Positions 17,272 through 26,404 of a stretch of 64,000 nt of DNA are shown here, piece by piece. The position numbers were made by a program, and so were the translations under genes. This DNA is from a virus (taxonomy: Duplodnaviria > Caudoviricetes), in the IMG/VR virus record IMGVR_UViG_3300047571_000001, positions 1,314 through 65,313 of that record. One strand, written 5' to 3'. Within the stretch, counting starts at the first letter, position 1, and every line of letters starts with the position of its first letter. The notes beneath the pieces are model-generated. The model ran no database searches. It worked only from the letters and a program-made list of their open reading frames with translations, and had not been told where the DNA came from.

Positions 17272-17718
17272 TCAGCCGATGTAGTAAAATTCGAACGGCA
17301 CGCCGACGACGAGGCCGAAATAGCTGCCGTCGTCACTTCCGGAATCGCCGCCGCGGATGTTCGGCGCGCCGCAGATGACCTTGGCGCCAGGATCGGTGTT
17401 GTAGAACGTCTTGGCGCGAAAGATCTCGCCGATCGGGTTGGCGAGTGCGAGATGGTCATCCAGCCCATATCCCTTGGGCACGAATACATGCGCGAAGATG
17501 TTGCCGAGCGTGAGCCATGTCTGGCTGCCTGGCTTGCCACCACCACGGATCGCGCTCTGAACCTGCAGCACCTCGAAATAGGTCCACGGCTGCGGCGTCG
17601 CCGGCGGCCAGGGCGAAGATGGAGGATCCTCGTTCTGGAACACGACCGGCGTCGCGGTCGCGAAATTCGTCTCGAAACGCGCGCGGCAAGCCGCAACCGC
17701 CCCGGCCCAATCCGCCAT
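17272..17718 (-). CDS. Tail terminator-like protein
   Basis: Size and position upstream of tube; G..F.HVFVP.G.G motif. Confidence 0.65.
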   Translation of the reverse strand: MADWAGAVAACRARFETNFATATPVVFQNEDPPSSPWPPATPQPWTYFEVLQVQSAIRGGGKPGSQTWLTLGNIFAHVFVPKGYGLDDHLALANPIGEIFRAKTFYNTDPGAKVICGAPNIRGGDSGSDDGSYFGLVVGVPFEFYYIG

Positions 17719-17720
17719 CG

Positions 17721-18194
17721 CTATCTCGCCTTGATCTCGAGCGCCGGCTGGCGCGCCAGCCAGTCGGCATAGCCCTTGGGATTGCCGCCCCTCCGCTGCC
17801 GTGCCGAAGCCTGCCCCACCAGTGAATGCGCATAGGCCGAGACATCACCGAACCGAACCGGCATGAAGGTGAACTTGATCGCGGCGCGGTTGCCGTAGCG
17901 CCCGTTCACGATCAATGCTCCATCCTCATAGACGTGTAGCGGCGCCTGCATCTTGCCGTTTCCGATCTCGAGCTTGCGGGCATAAGGCACCGGATTCGAA
18001 ATGTTGATCTGGTCGCCATTCCTGAACGCACTGACGTCCTGCACGACGTGCCCGTTGAGAAATACCAGATGACTGTCGCGATAGAGGCCGGGATGCGGAT
18101 CATTACCCTCGCCTACGGGCGAATGCGATCGCAACGTCTCCAGCGCGAAATCGACGATGTCCTGCATCGCCAGATAGCGAAAGATCAACCGCAT
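17721..18194 (-). CDS. Neck / tail-completion protein (HK97 gp10-like)
   Basis: SPV...G.YRDS...NPVPYARKLEIG motif. Confidence 0.65.
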   Translation of the reverse strand: MRLIFRYLAMQDIVDFALETLRSHSPVGEGNDPHPGLYRDSHLVFLNGHVVQDVSAFRNGDQINISNPVPYARKLEIGNGKMQAPLHVYEDGALIVNGRYGNRAAIKFTFMPVRFGDVSAYAHSLVGQASARQRRGGNPKGYADWLARQPALEIKAR

Positions 18195-18201
18195 CGGAGC
18201 G

Positions 18202-18504
18202 CTAGACCTTGATCAGCTCATCCGATTTTCCCGTGACGATCTGCTCGACCTCGTCCGGAATGAAACCATTGATGCGGCGATCCCTGTCGGCTGCCTCGAT
18301 CGCATCGATAAGCCTGTCGCGCGCCTCTTCCAGAGCCTCGCGTTTGGCATCGAGGATCGCCTTGCGCGCATCCAGCGGCGCCGAACCGGTACCGCTGACC
18401 CAGCCCTGCCAGATGAGCCCCAACTCTTCCCTGACCGTGATATCCGAAGACCGCAGCGCCTCAAGACGCTGCTGGTAGTCCTTTTCGTCGAATACCTGTC
18501 CCAT
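18202..18504 (-). CDS. Hypothetical helical protein (100 aa)
   Basis: TGATG overlap start at 18504. Confidence 0.55.
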   Translation of the reverse strand: MGQVFDEKDYQQRLEALRSSDITVREELGLIWQGWVSGTGSAPLDARKAILDAKREALEEARDRLIDAIEAADRDRRINGFIPDEVEQIVTGKSDELIKV

Positions 18505-18878
18505 CAGCCGCGTACCTGCAGCTCGAGCGCGATCACGATATTCTTGAAGCGACGTGTGGCGTCGTCCGGCCCCACGATCGCGACCTCGCGTCCCTCGATG
18601 ACGAGCTTGTCGTCCGAGGTCAGCGGCAACATCGCTAAAAGAGCCGCATTGCCCGAAGGAATTGCCGCGCCCGGATCGTTGAACAGGATCACCTTGCGAT
18701 CGCCCTGTTGCACGGCGCCGACGATATCGTGCGGTTGATAGCCGATCACCCGTCCCATGGCGACCGCCTCTTGCGCTACGGTACGCGCGGCTCCCTTTCC
18801 GGCGTAGCGACGCACGGTCACGAGCTCGCCGCCCTGAACTGCGGTGCGATAGGCCTGAATCACTGAGTCGGGAGTCAT
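18504..18878 (-). CDS. Head closure / head-tail joining protein
   Basis: Position after adaptor; QQGDRKVIL motif. Confidence 0.6.
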   Translation of the reverse strand: MTPDSVIQAYRTAVQGGELVTVRRYAGKGAARTVAQEAVAMGRVIGYQPHDIVGAVQQGDRKVILFNDPGAAIPSGNAALLAMLPLTSDDKLVIEGREVAIVGPDDATRRFKNIVIALELQVRG

Positions 18879-19519
18879 GCGATTGCCCTGCGGAATGGTG
18901 CAAGCTTGGTGACGATATCGGGCGGCAGCTCGCCGGCCTCGCCGACCGAGCCGACCCAGAATTCAGTTCGCATCAAGCCGGGAACATCGATCACCTTCAC
19001 CGTCGGATCCCGCCCCTTGGCCGCCCAGAAGCTCGACACCAGCCCAACGCAAGCGCCCTGGATACCGGCGGGAAGCGTGCAATCCTTGCCCGCGGACGGC
19101 AACATATAGCCGCCGTCATAGGTCACCACCACGCTCTGCCAGAAGATCCAGACGCTCGGACAGCCGTTGCGGAGCGCAAACAGCTCGCCCGTATTCTGAT
19201 CGAAGCGATAGTTCGAGGGATCGATGGTCACGCCGTCGACGACGACGCTGGCGATCGTGGACACCGGCGTCCGGTCGAGGACGAATTTCTCGGGCGTGCT
19301 GTCATATTGCTCGTGCCAGAAGGTCTCGACCACGGTCTCGCGCGCCAGCCGGAAGCCGAGCGATGCCTCGATGTCGTCGCTGGCCTCGGCGATCTTGGCA
19401 TTCAGCACCATGTCGCTTGAGCTGTCGTTCTCGGAAATATCGAGTTCGGCCTTGACGCGCTCCAGCGTCGTCAGATTGCTGTCGTCGGATGCCGCCGTCA
19501 CCGTCACGATTGATCGCAT
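18875..19519 (-). CDS. Head-tail adaptor (gp6-like)
   Basis: LTTLERVKAEL...P...I.SV..DG...VVVTYDGGY...LPAGIQGA motif; ATG 19519 after GGAG. Confidence 0.8.
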   Translation of the reverse strand: MRSIVTVTAASDDSNLTTLERVKAELDISENDSSSDMVLNAKIAEASDDIEASLGFRLARETVVETFWHEQYDSTPEKFVLDRTPVSTIASVVVDGVTIDPSNYRFDQNTGELFALRNGCPSVWIFWQSVVVTYDGGYMLPSAGKDCTLPAGIQGACVGLVSSFWAAKGRDPTVKVIDVPGLMRTEFWVGSVGEAGELPPDIVTKLAPFRRAIA

Positions 19520-19520
19520 C

Positions 19521-19832
19521 TCAACGCCTCGTCGCCGGATAGAACCGGAAATTCCACTGACCGATATTGCCGTTGCCGGCGTCGACCGAGACCACCGCGG
19601 TATATTCACGCCCCGCCACGAACGAAATGACGGCCGGCAGCGCTGCGCGATAATTACCCTTGCTGGCGGCGAGATAAGACATCGTCAGCGGCCAAGTCGC
19701 GCCGGTGACTTCGACGCCCTTGCTGTCGACGACCGTGACGCTGACGGAGGCGTCGTTGACGTACTGGCTGTCGCTCGCGCTCTGTAGCCCGACCAGGTCG
19801 AGCAGATTGGTATTGGCAACGAAGGCCGTCAT
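19521..19832 (-). CDS. Ig-like beta-sandwich virion protein
   Basis: Alternating beta-strand pattern, coupled within structural operon. Confidence 0.55.
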   Translation of the reverse strand: MTAFVANTNLLDLVGLQSASDSQYVNDASVSVTVVDSKGVEVTGATWPLTMSYLAASKGNYRAALPAVISFVAGREYTAVVSVDAGNGNIGQWNFRFYPATRR

Positions 19833-20968
19833 GATGCCCTCAGATGATCGATGTCGATATATCCCCCGAACATGGGCGCGATCGCGATCGAGCCAAACAT
19901 CAGGGTCCTCAGCGCCTCCGCGGAGGTCGAGGCACCGTGAGCGGCTCCCGCGCCGGCCGCCGTGCCGGATCCGCGCGCGATCACCGCGACCGTCGCCGAG
20001 GCGCCGCCCGCGCCATTGGCCTGGCCGAACGCAACGAAGATGACGTTGCTGGTGCCCGCGGCGGCGCCCGTGCCGGACGCGTGCCCGGCGGCAGGCGTCG
20101 CCCCAACCGTGGCATCGCCAGAGGCCGCGCCCGCGCCGGAGGCCGTGCCAGATGCCCTCGCGGTGGACGCCAGGACTCCCGATGCCGCGCCGATTCCGAC
20201 CGCGGCGCCCGCGCTGGCGGCCGTCGACGCGCCGGAGCCCGTCGCACTTCCCGCGCCGATCGCCGCACCAGCGCCGACACCCGTCGCGGCTGCCACACCC
20301 GAGGCGGTACCGGCGCCTGCGGCAGCTCCTGCGGCTGTCTTTGTCGCGACATCGGCGCCGGCCGCAGCTCCCGAACCGGCCGCGGTGCCGGAGGCCGCGG
20401 CGATCGAGGCGCCGACAGCAGCGGCAGCGCCTATTCCCGCAGCCGCCCCAACCGTCCCGCCGGAAACCAGCGCCGTCGCCGCACCGGATCCCGCAGCCGT
20501 GCCGGATGCCGCGGCGACCGACGCGCCGGCCGCAGCCGCAGCTCCCGTCCCGGCAGCGGCGCCCGCGACCGCAGCCGTGCTGCTGCCGACACCCGAGGCT
20601 GCGCCCGCGCCCGAGGCCTGTCCAACGATCCCGCCCGAAACTGCGCCCGCCGCAGCTCCCGATCCGGCTGCCGTGCCCGATGCCGCGGCGATCGAGCTGC
20701 CTGCAGCCGATGCCGCGCCCGCGCCCGCCGCATTGGCAGCAGCCGCAGCCGTGCTCTGTCCCACGCCAGTGGCCGCACCGGCGCCAGCCGCGGCGCCTGT
20801 GGCTGCCGCCGTGGACGCAGCGACACCGGAGGCCGCGCCGGCGCCGCTGGCGCCTGCCGCGGCAGCATTGGTCGATGCGCCAATGCCCGATGCAGCACCC
20901 GTGCCCGCGGCGGCACCAGCGCTTGCGCTCGCCGAGCTTGACGCGGATCGAAGGAGGAGCAGCAGCAT
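19829..20968 (-). CDS. Long Ala/Gly/Ser/Thr repeat fibre-like protein (379 aa)
   Basis: GxAAGxGAAxG repeats over ~330 aa; operon strand. Confidence 0.75.
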   Translation of the reverse strand: MLLLLLRSASSSASASAGAAAGTGAASGIGASTNAAAAGASGAGAASGVAASTAAATGAAAGAGAATGVGQSTAAAAANAAGAGAASAAGSSIAAASGTAAGSGAAAGAVSGGIVGQASGAGAASGVGSSTAAVAGAAAGTGAAAAAGASVAAASGTAAGSGAATALVSGGTVGAAAGIGAAAAVGASIAAASGTAAGSGAAAGADVATKTAAGAAAGAGTASGVAAATGVGAGAAIGAGSATGSGASTAASAGAAVGIGAASGVLASTARASGTASGAGAASGDATVGATPAAGHASGTGAAAGTSNVIFVAFGQANGAGGASATVAVIARGSGTAAGAGAAHGASTSAEALRTLMFGSIAIAPMFGGYIDIDHLRAS

Positions 20969-20974
20969 CTGTTC

Positions 20975-21904
20975 TTAAGCCGTCGTGACCGAGTAAGAAC
21001 CGTTAACGCCGCCGACCGTCAGCGTCGCCGTGACCTGCGTCGCGCCTGACGAAGACGAGGTCAGCTGCACCTGCACCTGGTCGTAAGGCGACACCGTGCC
21101 CGCCGACGCCGTGAAGGCGCCGCCATTGACCGAATAGGTGCCGCCCGTGATCGAGATCGCCGCCGGCGCCGTGAAGCCGCTCAATTCCACCGCGCCCGAG
21201 GTGAACACGGTCGAGCGCGCCGCGCTCGTGACCGGCGTGAAACTGAAAGACGACGGCGTGACGTCGTTGACATTGGCGATGCCGAACCGGGTCCGCACCA
21301 GTTCGGCCATTAGCCGCATGCCGCGATTTTCCGGATGCAGCGTGTCGGCATAGTGAAAATCGTTCGGGTTCTGCATATCGGAGATGCCGCCGAAATCGAT
21401 CAAGGCATTGGCGAAGGTCTGGAAGTTGCCGCGCAGCCATGCGTCATAGGCAAGGCGATATCCTTCCATCGTCGAATTCCAGCCGTTGCCGACATCGTTG
21501 CGCGGCAGCAAGGTGCCGACCACGGCATAATAGCCGGTCGCGCGGGCCTTGCCGATGATCGAGACGACGTCCGAGCGCAATTGCGTGTCGGTATGTCCTA
21601 GCGCGCCAAGATCGTTGGTTCCGTACAGCAGGATAAGTGCGTTTGCCGTCGATGCATTGTAGGACGGTGCGATCTGCGTCGCATAATTCGTGTTGGCATC
21701 CTGCGCCGTGTCGCCGCTCTGGCCGATGTTGACGCTGTTCTTGCCGGTGTTGGCCGTGAACTGGTCCGGATAAGAGGCGCTTCCACCGACGCCTTGCGTG
21801 ATGCTATCGCCCGAAAACACATAGCCGTTGGCCTGCGGCAAGGTACTCGGAACGATCACCGGGGCGTAGACGCTGAGCAGTCCGACCACGAGATACCCGA
21901 TCAC
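20975..21904 (-). CDS. SGNH/GDSL hydrolase with C-terminal Ig-like domain
   Basis: GDSIT, G, GTND and DTLHP blocks; C-terminal SFSFT...GGTYSVNGG...VTT domain. Confidence 0.85.
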   Translation of the reverse strand: MIGYLVVGLLSVYAPVIVPSTLPQANGYVFSGDSITQGVGGSASYPDQFTANTGKNSVNIGQSGDTAQDANTNYATQIAPSYNASTANALILLYGTNDLGALGHTDTQLRSDVVSIIGKARATGYYAVVGTLLPRNDVGNGWNSTMEGYRLAYDAWLRGNFQTFANALIDFGGISDMQNPNDFHYADTLHPENRGMRLMAELVRTRFGIANVNDVTPSSFSFTPVTSAARSTVFTSGAVELSGFTAPAAISITGGTYSVNGGAFTASAGTVSPYDQVQVQLTSSSSGATQVTATLTVGGVNGSYSVTTA

Positions 21905-22560
21905 AATTGGCTATAGCCGGATGGCATGCTCCAGCCCCCCGGAAGCGAGGTCTGGATGGTGTAGCCCTGCCCCGAGGTGTCGAGCGCGCCGACCGCGGCA
22001 TAGAAGGTCGAGGCTGAGATATACGTGGCCAGATTGAACCCACCTGTTCCAGCGGCCACGTCCGAAGCCGTGCGGACCGTGCCGCCCGATCCGTAGAAAT
22101 TCACACCGTCGAGTGTGAACCACGCAAGCTTGCCGCTCGCATCAATGCAGAGTCCTGCGGTCGCGCCGGAGCCCATGCTCACCGGTAGGGAATCGACATT
22201 CGATCCCGCAGCCCAAATGCCGGCCGAGCTGCTGAAAAAACCGACATTACCAGTGCCAGCGAAACCGGGACAGCCGCGGTTGGCGCCGTCGGTGATACCA
22301 AGTGATGCATAGTCGGTTGGCATGCTGTCGACATGCGCGATGAAGAACTTCTTGCCCGACAGTGCTGGCGACGTCAGCACCTGGGCGGTCTGCACGCCGC
22401 CGACATTGGCGGTGGCGGTGCAGACCACGGTCTTGTTGGCGTTCGAAAACGTCCAGGTGCCGGTGTCCGCCGGAGAGGTGAACGCGGCAGCGCCGCCTCC
22501 GACGACGGGAGGCGCCTTCCACGGCACGCGCCGCAGCAGATAGGGCGTACTAGGCAGCAC
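21901..22560 (-). CDS. SPRY/ConA-like beta-sandwich protein (219 aa)
   Basis: GTG at 22560; TFSNANKTV, SGKKFF, GLCIDASGKLAWF, PSGY pattern. Confidence 0.6.
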   Translation of the reverse strand: MLPSTPYLLRRVPWKAPPVVGGGAAAFTSPADTGTWTFSNANKTVVCTATANVGGVQTAQVLTSPALSGKKFFIAHVDSMPTDYASLGITDGANRGCPGFAGTGNVGFFSSSAGIWAAGSNVDSLPVSMGSGATAGLCIDASGKLAWFTLDGVNFYGSGGTVRTASDVAAGTGGFNLATYISASTFYAAVGALDTSGQGYTIQTSLPGGWSMPSGYSQL

Positions 22561-23512
22561 GGCCCTGGAAACCCTTGGCGGTCGCGATGATGGTGGTCGA
22601 ATTGGCTGACGGCGTGAACGCCTCGACCGCCTGGAACTGGATGAATAACGTCTTGGCGCCCGACACCGGCTTCGCCACCACGAAAGCGCCCGCCTGCGAC
22701 AAATTCGTTTCATTGTAGGTCGGCACCAGCCGACCGACGCAGCCGTCCGAAAACCCCGTCTCCATGTAGCCCATGAAGGAACCGACATAACCGGCGATCT
22801 TCTGCGCATAAGCGGCATTGTCGCCGCCGGTGACGCCGGAGCTCGCGGTCGGATCGGAATTGAAGACATAGGCCCGCAGCTTCTTGCCGGCGAGACCGGT
22901 ATCGGTCGAGACGACAAGGATCTCGGTGATCGTGACCGGATCGTCATTGGTGTCCGAGACGGTCGCCGACAGTGCCGTCACCGAGGCTGCGGTCCCGTTG
23001 TTCGAGATGGAGTCGCCGGCCGAATAGGCCGTGGCGTTGGCCGGCCGCGTCAGCGTCGTGAACACCGCGGAGAAGGCGCGCGGCGACATGCCGGTCTGAT
23101 ACTTCTGGTCGCTCGCCAGCGCCACCGGTGCGCTCGCAGACATCGCGCCCTGCCCGTTCGGGTTGGCATTGTCGATCCGCACCACTTGCGCAAAGGCCTG
23201 CGCCGTCCGCGTGTGCGTGCCGCTTTGCGTGCCCGAGGTGTTGATCGCCGTACCGCCCGGCGTCGCCGCCAGATTGTAGGCGTTGGTCACCGGGCTCTTG
23301 ACATAGACCGTGGTTCCGGCGGTCAGACCTGTCGCGAGTGCGCCGGTCGTGGTCAGCACGATCGGCTGACCATCTCCGAACGTGTGCCCGGTATCCGTGA
23401 CGACGCAGGGCGAAGCGATCGTCATGGTCACGGTTGCGGCCGTCGCCGGGCCGATATCGACCGCGGCCACCGCGACGCCGGACCCTGCCGAAATCTGGAC
23501 GTTGCTGGTCAT
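22550..23512 (-). CDS. Virion structural protein (beta-rich, two-domain)
   Basis: ASPCVVT..GH...G..I.LTTTGAL.TGL repeat unit; TLTRPANATAYSAGD motif. Confidence 0.65.
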   Translation of the reverse strand: MTSNVQISAGSGVAVAAVDIGPATAATVTMTIASPCVVTDTGHTFGDGQPIVLTTTGALATGLTAGTTVYVKSPVTNAYNLAATPGGTAINTSGTQSGTHTRTAQAFAQVVRIDNANPNGQGAMSASAPVALASDQKYQTGMSPRAFSAVFTTLTRPANATAYSAGDSISNNGTAASVTALSATVSDTNDDPVTITEILVVSTDTGLAGKKLRAYVFNSDPTASSGVTGGDNAAYAQKIAGYVGSFMGYMETGFSDGCVGRLVPTYNETNLSQAGAFVVAKPVSGAKTLFIQFQAVEAFTPSANSTTIIATAKGFQGRAA

Positions 23513-23525
23513 CAGCGATGCTCCC

Positions 23526-23996
23526 TTAAGCTAGGCCGGCCCGGCCGAGCAGCTTGCGCGTCGCGCTCGCCTTGGCCTCGAGGATGCGCGCGCGGACGAG
23601 GGCATGATCGCCCTGATGGCCGTCCGCGTAGCACTCGCGCACCGCGTCCTGCATCGCGCCCATGACATGCGGCCTGACGGCGCGCGCGAGCTCCGACGTG
23701 GCGCCGAGCGCGATGCCGACCGCACTGACGACGCGCGGATAGATCCGCTCAGCCGAAGGCCGCAGCCGGTCCGGCAGGCCGGACGGCAAACCGCGCTCGA
23801 GCAGCCAGCGATGCGACCAGGCGCGCAATTTGAGCTGCATGGAATCGCTCTGGGTTCGCGCATAGTGCAGCACCATCTCGGCCTCGGCGTCGGTCTTGGG
23901 CTGCGGCAGATGCGGCTGGGCCTCCGCCCAGATGCGGCGCGCGGCCACCACGTCGAGCTGCTCGAGGCAGCGCCGGAATTCGGCGGCGTGGTTCAC
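23526..23996 (-). CDS. Conserved phage hypothetical protein (156 aa)
   Basis: GTGA overlap start at 23996. Confidence 0.65.
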   Translation of the reverse strand: MNHAAEFRRCLEQLDVVAARRIWAEAQPHLPQPKTDAEAEMVLHYARTQSDSMQLKLRAWSHRWLLERGLPSGLPDRLRPSAERIYPRVVSAVGIALGATSELARAVRPHVMGAMQDAVRECYADGHQGDHALVRARILEAKASATRKLLGRAGLA

Positions 23997-24292
23997 GACA
24001 CCGCCAGCGTCGACAGCGCATCCTTGGCGCGCTTGCGCGCGGCGATCTTGACCTCGAGGATCTCGGCGTCGAGCACCTGGCGGAAGCGCTTCGGGTCGAC
24101 GAAGCCGGTCACGGTCTCGCCGTGCTCGTCGACATAGTCCGCCGGCTGCAGCGCGGCGTTGTGATCGCCGACCTCCTTGACATAGGCCGCGACCGCATTG
24201 TCGATGGCCTGCTGGATCAGCTTGCCGCGCAGGCCGCGGGTGCCGCCGACGGCGGTTGCGCCCGCCGCGGCGACGATGATGGAATCCGTCAT
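23993..24292 (-). CDS. Hypothetical protein (99 aa)
   Basis: AGGA SD, coupled. Confidence 0.6.
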   Translation of the reverse strand: MTDSIIVAAAGATAVGGTRGLRGKLIQQAIDNAVAAYVKEVGDHNAALQPADYVDEHGETVTGFVDPKRFRQVLDAEILEVKIAARKRAKDALSTLAVS

Positions 24293-24340
24293 GTGTCCTG
24301 GACCTTTTCGAAAGAGCGCCGGAAGAACGGGACCTCGACG

Positions 24341-24769
24341 CTAGTCGAGCGTGATCGTGGTCGACGTCGTCAGCTGCGGCGTGACGCCGGAGCCAGTGAC
24401 GATGTTCGGCGTCACCGTGCCGGAAAACAGGATCGCGGCTGCGCCGCCGCCGGTCTTGCCGGTCGAGAAATTCGTGACCGTGCCCGAGCCGCCCGTGCCG
24501 GCCGCGAAGTTGATCGCGGCCGCCGGCGAGACGCTGCCGGCACTCGACGTCGACCAGCCGCTCGATCGCGCCACGTTCGCGCGCGCGTAGGAGGTATAGG
24601 CCGCCTCGCTGGTCGACATGCTGCCGGTATCGCCGGGATCGGCGGTATGCAGGCCGATCGCGATATTGGTCTGCGGCGTCGACGCCGCGTTGTCGGCATA
24701 GTTGGCCCATGCCGTCGCCGAGAAGATCAGGTTGAGGATGGCATTTTCGGTGACGTCTGCGATCGACAT
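24341..24769 (-). CDS. Small virion structural protein (Gp80-like family), paralog 3
   Basis: IGLHTADPGD...EAAYTSYARANV; closely parallels 11283..11711. Confidence 0.7.
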   Translation of the reverse strand: MSIADVTENAILNLIFSATAWANYADNAASTPQTNIAIGLHTADPGDTGSMSTSEAAYTSYARANVARSSGWSTSSAGSVSPAAAINFAAGTGGSGTVTNFSTGKTGGGAAAILFSGTVTPNIVTGSGVTPQLTTSTTITLD

Positions 24770-24812
24770 GGCTCAAAAATCCTTGTCAGGGGTTGCGGAT
24801 GGCTCAAGCGCT

Positions 24813-25469
24813 TCAGAACTTGCGCTTCAGAACTTCATCAAGGCTCACGCACGGAAACTCCTTCAGCGCGCTGCCTTCGGTCGCGTTGACGATCTCGACG
24901 CCGACGGCGCGGGCGGCCTCATCCCAGCCGGCGAAACCCGGCAGAAATTCGCGGCTATAGATGTCGACATCGCGCGGCCCGTTGTATTCGTCATGGCAAT
25001 GCTCGCGCCCGCCGACGAAGCGCATGTCGTAGCCGAGCAGCACCACGCGGGAGGCACCGAGCGCGATCGCGAGGCTCACGGCGGTATGCCCGGATGAACG
25101 GCCCTGCTGGATGACATGCGATCCCCGGCTAAAGCCCGGCAGCGCCTGCGGGTCGCCCTCACCCTTCACGCGCTTGACCTTGTCCGGCAGCTCGCGCTTG
25201 GCTGTGCGCGACATCGAGATCACCAAGCCGGCCCAGTTCGCCACCAGCTGGCGGCGCTCCTCATACCAGCCGGAATCCGTAAAGAATAGCACATCGGCGA
25301 AGGGTGCCAGCACCGCTGATGAGTTGACGGCGATCGTGCGATGACCGCGCACGCGCTGGCAGATCTCGGCGGTCAGGCTCGGGCCCGACGCCAGGCAGAA
25401 GATCGTCTCGCCCTTGAACAGGGGCTCGGGCGACCAGTATTCGAGCTCGCGGGTGGCTGCTGCAGTCAT
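24813..25469 (-). CDS. Maf/DUF115- or sialyltransferase-like glycosyltransferase (218 aa)
   Basis: ASGPSL, IAVN, SSGHTAVSLAIALGASRVVLLGYDM, IVNAT..SAL..FP motifs; ATGA start 25469. Confidence 0.7.
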   Translation of the reverse strand: MTAAATRELEYWSPEPLFKGETIFCLASGPSLTAEICQRVRGHRTIAVNSSAVLAPFADVLFFTDSGWYEERRQLVANWAGLVISMSRTAKRELPDKVKRVKGEGDPQALPGFSRGSHVIQQGRSSGHTAVSLAIALGASRVVLLGYDMRFVGGREHCHDEYNGPRDVDIYSREFLPGFAGWDEAARAVGVEIVNATEGSALKEFPCVSLDEVLKRKF

Positions 25470-25768
25470 GATGCAACAGGTGCGGCGCCGTCGACGAGCA
25501 TGACGTCCTTGATCCGCTTGATCCGCTGCCGACCATATTGATCCTGCTGGATCGTCATTGTTATGAGCAGCAGGTCCTCGCCCTCGCATGCTTCCGGAAG
25601 TGCGTCGCCCCCGATCACAAGACGAACGACACGCTGCGGCAGATCGCGCGATGTCGCACTACCCAATATCTCGAAACCAGCGTCCACCAGGACCTGCGCA
25701 CACTCGCCGAGCACCTCCGGCGCGATCTCAATGACGGCGCGCCGATTCTTCAGATGCGAGTTCTGCAT
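25466..25768 (-). CDS. Hypothetical protein
   Basis: Coupled to downstream gene; start uncertain (25768 or 25801). Confidence 0.5.
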   Translation of the reverse strand: MQNSHLKNRRAVIEIAPEVLGECAQVLVDAGFEILGSATSRDLPQRVVRLVIGGDALPEACEGEDLLLITMTIQQDQYGRQRIKRIKDVMLVDGAAPVAS

Positions 25769-25776
25769 ATATGTAA

Positions 25777-26403
25777 TCACGACCAATGTTCCCTCACCCA
25801 TTGCGCATGCTCGCCGACGAGTTCATGCGGCTTATCATTGCCGTGGAAGTAGACGATCCGCGCATCGCCAAGCCCGCGATCGCGGACATGGCCCTTGAAC
25901 GAAACGACCTGTCCGGGAAAAACATCGTCGATGAAGGCGTGCGGCTGGCGTCGGATCCAGTCCATGTCGTTCTCGCCGCGCCAGGTCTCATGGACCGCCT
26001 GCTGTCCAGGGGGCACCAGCGCGACGCCATTGCAGGCGCGCTGCGGGCTGTAGGGATCGCGTGGCAGCGCGATGACGCCGGCCAGAAGACAATATTCGGC
26101 GAGATGGTCGATATTGCCCGTGATCACGGTGTCGAGCCCCATCAGGATCATCGGCTGGCCGAGCTGGTAGGGCTCGGTGAACGATCCGTAGGTGATCGGA
26201 CGCGTCTTGAGCGGACGCTGCTCGATCGAATAAGGCAGTCCTGCGCGCGGCTCGTCGGTGAACAATACGAAGCGGAATTGCCGCGACAGATTGCGCGCGA
26301 CGCCGCGGTAGAGCTTATCGACCCAGCTCTCGTCATAGCAGCGCGAGAACTCGCGCGAGGCCTCATTGGCCCGCCAGATGCAGGTCGCCACGACAAGAGT
26401 CAT
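25777..26403 (-). CDS. GT-A fold glycosyltransferase
   Basis: WVDKLYRGVARNL..FRFVLFTD, GLDTVITGNID (DxD-equivalent), YFHG.DKPH. Confidence 0.8.
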   Translation of the reverse strand: MTLVVATCIWRANEASREFSRCYDESWVDKLYRGVARNLSRQFRFVLFTDEPRAGLPYSIEQRPLKTRPITYGSFTEPYQLGQPMILMGLDTVITGNIDHLAEYCLLAGVIALPRDPYSPQRACNGVALVPPGQQAVHETWRGENDMDWIRRQPHAFIDDVFPGQVVSFKGHVRDRGLGDARIVYFHGNDKPHELVGEHAQWVREHWS

Positions 26404-26404
26404 A

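Noticed and set aside
19844-20988. Pro/Ala- and Arg-rich ORFs in several frames
   Set aside because: By-products of the GCN/GGN repeats of the Ala/Gly protein on the operon strand.
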